A stretch of DNA of 64,000 bases, taken from positions 32,001 through 96,000 of the forward strand of contig JBHLMN010000001.1 in assembly GCA_048938105.1 (NCBI GenBank). The letters are read 5' to 3'. Source of the stretch: Promethearchaeota archaeon (GTDB lineage: Archaea; Asgardarchaeota; Heimdallarchaeia; Hodarchaeales; Hodarchaeaceae). Under the pieces are notes generated by a model. It was not told the DNA's origin. It worked only from the letters and a program-made list of their open reading frames with translations, and made no database searches. Position 1 is the stretch's first letter; every line of letters begins with the position of its first letter. Shown here piece by piece: positions 56,789 through 64,000 of this stretch. The position numbers were made by a program, and so were the translations under genes.

Positions 56789-58210
56789 TTATTTCTCGAC
56801 TTGCACTGTTTCTATTTTCCCTAGATCTTTCTCTAATATCATCTCATGGATGGCCTTGGCTGCTTTTCGTCCAGCTTCCATTGCAAGAATAACAGTAGCC
56901 GCTCCAGTAGCAGCATCACCCCCAGTATAAACTCGTTCTCGTGTTGTTTTTCCTGTTTCTTCGTTATGAACCAATGTACCCCACTTTGTAGATTCAAGAC
57001 CTGAAGTTGTTTGGGTAATTAATTGATTTGGTCTTTGGCCAATAGCTATGATTACGGTATCTACAGGAAAAATAAATTCGGTATTAGGGATTGGAATGGG
57101 TCTTCTACGACCAGATTCATCTTTTTCACCCAATTGCATACGTAAACACTTTAATCCAATTACATTCCCTTTTTTATCACCGAGGATTTCCACTGGGGAT
57201 GTTAGTTCTCCTATAAGAACTCCCTCTTCTTTAGCGTTAATGATTTCCTCCAATCTTGCTGGACATTCTCCCTCAGTACGACGATAAATAATATCTACTT
57301 CACGAGCCCCTAGGCGGAGTGCAGTCCGAGCAGAATCCATGGCAACGTTACCTGCCCCAATAACGGCTACTTTTTCACCCACAGACACAGGAGTGTCATA
57401 TTCAGGAAATTGATATGCTTTAAGAAGATTTACACGAGTTAAGAATTCATTTGCAGAATAAACTCCTCTTAAATTCTCTCCAGGTACTCTTAAAAAGTTT
57501 GGTGTCCCTGCACCAGAAGCAATATATACCGCATTGAATTTGTTTTCATTTAAAAGCTCATCAACTGTAACTGTCTTTCCTATTAGAATATCTTTCTCTA
57601 ATCTAACCCCTAGACTTTGTACATATTCTACTTCTTCTTTTACAATTTGTTTTGGCATTCTAAATTCAGGAATTCCATAAATCAATACTCCCCCAAATTC
57701 ATGTAATGCTTCATATACTACCACTTCATGACCATAATTTGCCAACTCAGCTGCACAAGTCAAACCTGAGGGACCAGAGCCAACAATAGCAACTTTGGTT
57801 TTCAATCTTTTATGTGGGGAAGGTTCAGGTCGTTTCCCATGATCTGCAACAAATCTTTCCAGTGCGCCGATACTGATTGCATTGGGGTGTATACAAAACT
57901 CTTGACATTGATTCTCTTGCGGACAAACCCGCCCTGTGATAGCTGGTAGACTGTTAGTAGATAGAATTATCTCTTTTGCCGCATTAATGTCTCCTTCTCT
58001 CATTTTAAGTATAAAATTGGGTATTTGAACATTAACAGGGCATCCTTGAATACACCGAGGCCGTTTACACTGGAGACACCGTGATGCTTCCTCCAGTGCC
58101 TCCTCCTCTGTAAATCCCAGAGCAACCTCTTCAAAGTTTCTAATTCGTTCGTCTGGTTCTTGAACTGCCATACGGACTCTTTGTTTCTTAGTTTTCTTTT
58201 TCTTTGACAT
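56789..58210 (-). CDS. nfnB: NfnB/SudA/GltD-like FAD and 4Fe-4S oxidoreductase (large subunit of Nfn-type transhydrogenase)
   Basis: NFEEV, RCLQC...C...CP, GRVCPQENQC, GSGPSG, YGIPEFR, GAGNVAMD, YRR, GGD...GAATVILAM. Confidence 0.88.
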   Translation of the reverse strand: MSKKKKTKKQRVRMAVQEPDERIRNFEEVALGFTEEEALEEASRCLQCKRPRCIQGCPVNVQIPNFILKMREGDINAAKEIILSTNSLPAITGRVCPQENQCQEFCIHPNAISIGALERFVADHGKRPEPSPHKRLKTKVAIVGSGPSGLTCAAELANYGHEVVVYEALHEFGGVLIYGIPEFRMPKQIVKEEVEYVQSLGVRLEKDILIGKTVTVDELLNENKFNAVYIASGAGTPNFLRVPGENLRGVYSANEFLTRVNLLKAYQFPEYDTPVSVGEKVAVIGAGNVAMDSARTALRLGAREVDIIYRRTEGECPARLEEIINAKEEGVLIGELTSPVEILGDKKGNVIGLKCLRMQLGEKDESGRRRPIPIPNTEFIFPVDTVIIAIGQRPNQLITQTTSGLESTKWGTLVHNEETGKTTRERVYTGGDAATGAATVILAMEAGRKAAKAIHEMILEKDLGKIETVQVEK

Positions 58211-58224
58211 TGTTTTTGCTCCTT

Positions 58225-60072
58225 CTATGACCTCTCTCGGGCCATTTTTTCACCAGCTATTCGTTCTTCATATAAGTAGGCCCTTGATCTACGCGTTAAT
58301 TCCTCGAAATCTACCTTAAGACCATCAAAATTAGGCCCATCCACACAAGCGAATTTAACCTCACCGCCAACAGTCACCCGACAGGCACCACACATTCCAG
58401 TACCATCTACCATTATAGGCGCTAAACTTACTGTAGTAGGTATGTTATGTTCCTTGGTGAAAGCACATGTGAACTTCATCATGGGAATTGGACCAACAGC
58501 AACGACATGGTCGAAATGCCTTCCTTCTTCAACAAAGTGTTTTAAAATATCAAGGCCAAATCCGTGATGGCCCTCTGTACCATCATCAGTAGCAATATGG
58601 AGCTCATCACTCACGGCCCGCATCTCATTACGACATATTAAAAGTGAAGATGTTCTCGCTGATATTATACTTACCACATAATTCCCCAACTCTTTCAAAG
58701 CTTTAGTTTTAGGTAATACTGGTGCAACACCACAACCACCACCTAATACAGCTACTGTACCCCACTTCTTAATTTCGACGGGTTTTCCTAAAGGGCCCAA
58801 GAGATTGAGAATGTGATCACCAGCTTCCATTGTCCCCATAAGCTTGGTACTCTTCCCTATTTTTTGAAAAATCAGTGTTATTGTACCCTTTTCCTTATCG
58901 CTATCAGCTATAGTAAGGGGAATTCGTTCACCATTCTGAATTACTCTAACAATAATAAATTGTCCTGGTTGAGTTTTTTTTGCAATCAATGGTGCTTTAA
59001 CAATCCATCTAACAATTTCTGGAGATAAATCCTCTTTTTCAATGATAGTACATCTACCTTCAGTAAATCTTTGAACACGGATTGGTTCTTCCTTTTTTTC
59101 TTCTTCTTGAACCTCTTTCTCTTCTAACTTAGTAAGATACCTTGAAATTTCTTCTGCTGCTTTAATCCCCTCTGCAGCCCCAACACCTACTACTGAGTCC
59201 CCTCTTGTTGCACTACCTGCTGCAAAAACACCAGGAATATTTGTATCTTGATTAGGTGAATTTACAATAATTCTTCCCTGAGGAGTAGTCGCTAAACCTG
59301 CATCTTGGAATAGCTCGCGGTTTGTGTTCTTACTACTCAGAATCAATACCATCTCTGTTAAAATAGAATATTGTTTTCCGTCCCTGTTTTTGAGACGTGT
59401 TTTTTTCAACCTATCAGTTCCTTCAAAATATAAAACTTCATGTGAATATAGGACTTCAACAAAACTTTCATTTAATCTTCTCATAAGAGCAGGATGGGCA
59501 TCAAAAGCGTCTCGAACAGTAATCAGGTAGACATGCGCGCCCATGGCATCATAATGAAGCGCATTTCGGACAGCCCACGATGTATGTCCAATTACTGCAA
59601 CATTTTTTTCTGTATAATCTCCCTCTGGAAGAGAATAGAATACTCCTTTTCCTCTAAATTTTCCCTCACCAGGAATATCAAGTTTCTTAGGTTGGAGGCC
59701 CGTGGCAATCAATACAGCTCTACTTTCGTACTTAAATTCTTCAGTAAAGAATTCTCCTCTTGTGACTTGGGTATAAATCCGCTTTAGGGGATCATTAAGC
59801 TCAAGATTACTAACTTTTTCGGCATAATTGATAGTTGCATGATACTTTGCTTGTTTAGCCATTTTATCCAGTAGCTCTTGCCGAGTAATGCTAAAGAAGC
59901 CTGGGTAGCCATCTACAGCCATACTGCCTGCGGTAGCTGTTCCAGAACGTGCATCAAGAACAAGAACATATAGTCCTAGTTCTGCAGCCCGTATAGCACC
60001 AGAAAGGCCTGCTGGCCCACCTCCTACAACAATGAGATCCCATATCTGTGAACTCAAAATATTCTTCTCCAA
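58225..60072 (-). CDS. nfnA: Fusion of a degenerate thioredoxin-reductase-like module and NfnA/SudB (FAD/NAD, 2Fe-2S)
   Basis: N-half: VGGGPAGLSGA, LIATG, TNIPGVFAAG. C-half: PGQFIIVR, ERIPLTIAD, GPLG, GGGCG, TDDG, MVDGTGMCGACRV, FACVDGP. Confidence 0.85.
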   Translation of the reverse strand: MEKNILSSQIWDLIVVGGGPAGLSGAIRAAELGLYVLVLDARSGTATAGSMAVDGYPGFFSITRQELLDKMAKQAKYHATINYAEKVSNLELNDPLKRIYTQVTRGEFFTEEFKYESRAVLIATGLQPKKLDIPGEGKFRGKGVFYSLPEGDYTEKNVAVIGHTSWAVRNALHYDAMGAHVYLITVRDAFDAHPALMRRLNESFVEVLYSHEVLYFEGTDRLKKTRLKNRDGKQYSILTEMVLILSSKNTNRELFQDAGLATTPQGRIIVNSPNQDTNIPGVFAAGSATRGDSVVGVGAAEGIKAAEEISRYLTKLEEKEVQEEEKKEEPIRVQRFTEGRCTIIEKEDLSPEIVRWIVKAPLIAKKTQPGQFIIVRVIQNGERIPLTIADSDKEKGTITLIFQKIGKSTKLMGTMEAGDHILNLLGPLGKPVEIKKWGTVAVLGGGCGVAPVLPKTKALKELGNYVVSIISARTSSLLICRNEMRAVSDELHIATDDGTEGHHGFGLDILKHFVEEGRHFDHVVAVGPIPMMKFTCAFTKEHNIPTTVSLAPIMVDGTGMCGACRVTVGGEVKFACVDGPNFDGLKVDFEELTRRSRAYLYEERIAGEKMARERS

Positions 60073-60443
60073 GTATTTGAGAGTTTTTGATTAATTGTTT
60101 CTATTAGGGTGAGTAAATGAGGATATACTAAAAAATTACGTTTCAAAGTAGAAAGAATTTTCTAGTGATATTGAATTTAGTTACATTATTTCTTTGCCTT
60201 GTTAACTTGGTTTATTTTAGTGACAAAAAAGAATTTTTTGCACTTACCTATCTAACTACTATAAAAGAGTCAAAAGTGCTCAATAGAACTGGATAGAAAC
60301 AATAAACAGTCAATAGTCTCACAAAAGAAAATTACATTGTATTTGCGAAAACTTTTGAAGTTGGAGGGAGATGTTACCCCTGACTGTAAACTGTTCCAAA
60401 AAGACTTATTCTCGTCAATAAATTAAAAATGTAAGGAGAAACG

Positions 60444-61382
60444 ATGAATATCGATCCCTTTTTTGAAACGAATATCAAAACAACACCAAATAAGCAAACT
60501 TTCGTATCAAAAGTGGGCTTGATAGGGGTTTTTTTATGTTCTTTTGATACTACTTATGGTTTACAGATCCTATTTTCCATTCCATCAAAATTACAGCATG
60601 ATCAAAATGAAATTAACATCCTGAAGACACATTGTGTATGGAAAATAGAAAATGTACCTCTCCGAATTGACCTGAAGTTTTCAGAATTTGTATATTCAGC
60701 TTTTCAGCTCCAAACGACTTCACAGGAAATAACACCACCGAAGGATCAACCAATTTATGGTATTGTAATAAAAAATTGGAAAGATATTAATCCCATTCCA
60801 AATGAGGTTTATCTTGATTTTAAAACCACTTTAGAATCAAGTATCGCTTCAGAGCTCGGATTGTTATACAAGCGTGAACGATTAGAATCAAATCCTATTA
60901 AAAAAAAGGAATACAAAAAGCTTGTAAAACTCACAGAAAAAACTGAAAGACAACTAAAATCTATGTGGAAGAAATTCTGTATCCGTATTGGTGAAAAGAT
61001 TGATACTTTTACCACAGAGATAATTCCAAGCCCAGTTAATTCTTCCATGGTTCCAATAGAAACAAGTCAATGTGCTCAGGAGTTATTTAAACAGAAAATA
61101 ACCATGAGGATCTTATCATCAGAGGATACAGGGGGATTAATGGTAATTTTAGTTAATCAGAGTGAGCATTTGAAGGATGTATTGATTCAGGTATCAAGAA
61201 GAACTGAATTTTTCAGTGAACCTATCTGGGAGCAAGAACTTGAAGATTGGCCGTTGAAAGAGGATTTAATTTTGGAATTTCCCAGATCCGATGTAGTCGA
61301 AAATTATCTCATCAGAATTAGTAGCAGAAAAACAACGATAGACATAAAATCTCTTGAGGTTGGTACAGCTTCTGTCAGTTAA
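60444..61382 (+). CDS. Soluble longin/uDENN-like protein with C-terminal beta-sandwich
   Basis: GVFLCSFDTTYGLQILFSIP resembles the uDENN/longin start F-D-x-x-x-G...x-P; the C-terminus is paralogous to the next gene. Confidence 0.6.
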   Translation: MNIDPFFETNIKTTPNKQTFVSKVGLIGVFLCSFDTTYGLQILFSIPSKLQHDQNEINILKTHCVWKIENVPLRIDLKFSEFVYSAFQLQTTSQEITPPKDQPIYGIVIKNWKDINPIPNEVYLDFKTTLESSIASELGLLYKRERLESNPIKKKEYKKLVKLTEKTERQLKSMWKKFCIRIGEKIDTFTTEIIPSPVNSSMVPIETSQCAQELFKQKITMRILSSEDTGGLMVILVNQSEHLKDVLIQVSRRTEFFSEPIWEQELEDWPLKEDLILEFPRSDVVENYLIRISSRKTTIDIKSLEVGTASVS

Positions 61383-61518
61383 CTTAAAGATCACTAGAAT
61401 TAACAATAAAGTTGCAAAAACATTTTAGGTTTTGTAAGATTGATGTATTGCATCAGAGAAAGCTCTTATAATCATTTAAAAATTGCCTAATCTCGAAAAA
61501 AAGGAGAAATATCTAGTT

Positions 61519-62556
61519 ATGAGACATGGGGATCTGTCCCAAGCCACAGATATTGATCAATCAACCACAAATGATACTTATGGATTTTTTCTCTACTTTT
61601 TTGATGAAATTCAAGGGCATGTCCCCCTTTTTGCTTATCCACAAGAATTACTTAATAATAAAAACGAAAAACAGATTATTTCGATTCACAGTATTTGGTG
61701 GCATCAAGATAAGTTCTTAGAATTAAATAAGTTTATCTCCATGGATCTGGAATTAGGAGGAGTTATTTACTGTGCTACTCTCATTTTATGTCAAACTAGG
61801 AGAACTAAAAGACGGTCTGGTATGGATTCTCAGAAATGGCAAGCAGAGAGATTTGTTTTAATCGTAAAAGCCCCCTCGGCGGTCTCTTTCATTGCTCAAG
61901 AGATTTTACATGAATTAAAAACGAGGATACAAGGAGTTATTGGCGAAAATTTGTGTTTTCTAGTAGAAGACCACCTTAAAATGCAAGAAGATCCAGAGTT
62001 TGGAGAACTTCTGAAAAAAAAATCTAATCATATTGAACAAGAGCTTGTAAAGCTGTGTGTCTCGTTAATTCCTAAAACCCCTATATCAAAACTTGACTTT
62101 CAGTTAGAAGGAGGGTCCCAAGAAAAAATAGATGAATTGTTGGCTCCAACCATTCAAACACCACAAGAACAACAAAAGCCCCTGAAAAAACCCCAATTAA
62201 GATTTTCAATACCCATGGGGGATAAGCATAAAATAAAAAGGGAAAAACACGAGGTAACTCTAGCTCCAGAAGCAAAACGTGTAAAAGTAGTAAAAATCAA
62301 GCGTTCTGAAGATGATAAGTTCGTTCAAGTAACTGTTCGTAATAATAGTTTAGATGTTATTAACAATGCTCTTCTAAAAATATATGAATCACAGGGATTT
62401 TTCGGAAACGACATTCTTATTTCGAGGCTGAAGAAATGGGCACCAAATGAGGAGATTTCCATTGAATTTGAGCTAGCTAATACAACTGGAATTATCTATT
62501 TCCTGAAGATTGAAGATGAAAAAGAAACGATAAAAGTAAAAAGAATCGTTGGATAG
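61519..62556 (+). CDS. Soluble longin/uDENN-like protein with C-terminal beta-sandwich
   Basis: GFFLYFFDEIQGHVPLFAYP, close to NFFDQIQGPVP of the receptors; ATG 61519 follows AAGGAG (the track starts at TTG 61483). Confidence 0.65.
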   Translation: MRHGDLSQATDIDQSTTNDTYGFFLYFFDEIQGHVPLFAYPQELLNNKNEKQIISIHSIWWHQDKFLELNKFISMDLELGGVIYCATLILCQTRRTKRRSGMDSQKWQAERFVLIVKAPSAVSFIAQEILHELKTRIQGVIGENLCFLVEDHLKMQEDPEFGELLKKKSNHIEQELVKLCVSLIPKTPISKLDFQLEGGSQEKIDELLAPTIQTPQEQQKPLKKPQLRFSIPMGDKHKIKREKHEVTLAPEAKRVKVVKIKRSEDDKFVQVTVRNNSLDVINNALLKIYESQGFFGNDILISRLKKWAPNEEISIEFELANTTGIIYFLKIEDEKETIKVKRIVG

Positions 62557-62567
62557 GATGTAGTAAC

Positions 62568-63017
62568 ATGTATTCAACTAAAGTAAAAGACCTAATGAAT
62601 AAAGAAATAATTGCTGTTAGTGTCAACGATAACCTTGATAAGGTCGCCCAATTGATGTTTGAAAATCATATCGGCTCAATATTAGTACACCAGGATCATG
62701 AACCAATTGGAATTATTACAAAGCGAGATATAATTGAAAGAGTGATATTAAATTGTCAAGATCCTTGTGAAGTAAAAGCAAAAGATGTCGCGACAAGAAA
62801 CCTTATTACGATATCTTCAGGAGAAACCATTAAAGATGCTTTGATGTTGATGTATAAACATAAGATCAAGAGAGTTCTTGTGAAAGATCCTGAAAGTTTT
62901 GAACTAGTAGGAATAATCACAACATATGATTTAATTGCAGCCTTCAACGCATTGGAGCTCCAGTCTTCGTCTCCAAACGAATTCTCATCCTCCATAAATA
63001 AAAAATCCGACATCTAG
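62568..63017 (+). CDS. CBS-domain pair protein
   Basis: VKDLM, IGSILV, GIITKRDI, IKRVLV, VGIITTYDL. Confidence 0.9.
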   Translation: MYSTKVKDLMNKEIIAVSVNDNLDKVAQLMFENHIGSILVHQDHEPIGIITKRDIIERVILNCQDPCEVKAKDVATRNLITISSGETIKDALMLMYKHKIKRVLVKDPESFELVGIITTYDLIAAFNALELQSSSPNEFSSSINKKSDI

Positions 63018-63034
63018 CTTAAGGATGGTAAAAA

Positions 63035-64000
63035 ATGACTGAAATTAACCAAGAACAAGGTCAGTTGATCAGTTATCGATTATCTAAACGGAAATTACAG
63101 GGAAATAAAGAAGCAAAATTTGCTACGCTGAAAAAACAAGTCATTGACACTGGATTGTGCAGCGCATGTGGAGCCTGTGTTGCTTCATGTGTTGAAAATG
63201 CGCTAGAAATGATTAATGATCGACCACAATTAACAGGAAAATGCACAGCTTGTGGAGTCTGTGTCCACCAATGTCCCAAGACAAAGACTACTGTCCCTCA
63301 ACTAGTGGGCAATTTTATTGAAGCTTTCCGTGCAAAAAGTCTTCTTTCTGAAGTAGTTGGTCAGGATGGAGGAGTGGTGACTAGTCTTTTGATCTACTTA
63401 TTGCGTGAGGGAATGATAGACGGTGCAGTAATAACCGCAAAGGATGATTCAGAACATTGGAAACCAAAACCTATCATAGCCACCACGGAAGATCAAATAT
63501 TATCTTCTTCGGGATCTATTTATAGTCAAAGTTCAGCAGTGGGAAAACTCCTTGAAGCTATCAAATCGGGATTGAATTCTATTGCTTTTGTCGGATGTCC
63601 ATGCAATATTGATGCTGTAAATAAAATGCAAAGCTCTCCATACGGACTAGTCAGATTATTTATGCGAAGTTCAGTTCTTAAAATCGGTCTTTTCTGTATG
63701 GATGCTTTCTCTTATGAAAGATTACGGCATTTTGTAGAGGAAGTTGATAAAGTCCCTCTGAAAGATATAGAGAAGATGACAATTTCTAAGGGAAAGTTTC
63801 ACATGATACAGGAAAGTGGGGAGACGATCAGTCACCCAGTAAAAGAAATGGATAGATTACGAGCAAGCTCCTGTCATTATTGTATTGATTTTTCCAGTGA
63901 AAATGCGGACATTAGTGTTGGATCTGTTGGGGCTCCAGAGGGATACAATACAATCCTAGTCCGCACAGGATTGGGATTGGAAATTCTTCAAGATGCTGCT
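63035..64000 (+). CDS. frhB: Coenzyme F420 hydrogenase/dehydrogenase beta subunit (FrhB/FdhB family) with N-terminal 2x[4Fe-4S]; 3'-truncated and absent from the ORF track
   Basis: Translated by hand: MTEINQ...CSACGACVASC...CTACGVCVHQCP...GQDGGVVTSLL...SSGSIY...VGCPC...IGLFC...CHYC.DF..ENADISVG. Confidence 0.85.
   Translation, partial: MTEINQEQGQLISYRLSKRKLQGNKEAKFATLKKQVIDTGLCSACGACVASCVENALEMINDRPQLTGKCTACGVCVHQCPKTKTTVPQLVGNFIEAFRAKSLLSEVVGQDGGVVTSLLIYLLREGMIDGAVITAKDDSEHWKPKPIIATTEDQILSSSGSIYSQSSAVGKLLEAIKSGLNSIAFVGCPCNIDAVNKMQSSPYGLVRLFMRSSVLKIGLFCMDAFSYERLRHFVEEVDKVPLKDIEKMTISKGKFHMIQESGETISHPVKEMDRLRASSCHYCIDFSSENADISVGSVGAPEGYNTILVRTGLGLEILQDAA

Noticed and set aside
56789-58210. True glutamate synthase small subunit
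   Set aside because: No gltB large subunit is nearby, and pairing with an NfnA/SudB gene favours an Nfn-type enzyme.
63073-63279. 68-aa minus-strand ORF
   Set aside because: Antisense to the FrhB-family gene, whose Cys motifs identify the real frame.

Overview
AT-rich archaeal DNA. The gene content (class I LysRS, ThiR, several longin/uDENN-like proteins, giant acidic surface proteins) suggests an Asgard archaeon, plausibly Heimdallarchaeia/Hodarchaeales; this is inference. The left 37 kb is one tightly packed minus-strand operon: an 8856-aa protein, two shorter paralogues (about 1533-1540 aa and 1025 aa) and a small Zn-binding ORF. Each large protein has an N-terminal export signal, an Ig/cadherin-like repeat ectodomain, a C-terminal TM helix and a cytoplasmic longin/uDENN-like domain. 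Two of the three cytoplasmic domains carry a D/N-P-E-A-R-G motif resembling the GAP arginine finger of folliculin/SMCR8, while the third lacks the Arg. This is the main candidate novel system: surface receptors wired to small-GTPase regulation. The right 27 kb holds a thiamine locus (thiR, kinase, thiBPQ) interrupted by a TnpA-less IS200/IS605 TnpB element with a rearranged RuvC-II. It also holds a DinG/XPD helicase, a candidate ~260-nt structured ncRNA, adenine deaminase, a degenerate PfkB, MEMO1/AmrB, an NfnAB-like pair whose NfnA is fused to a degenerate thioredoxin-reductase module, a tandem pair of soluble longin-like proteins, a CBS protein and a partial FrhB. All family calls come from motifs read by eye; no searches were run.
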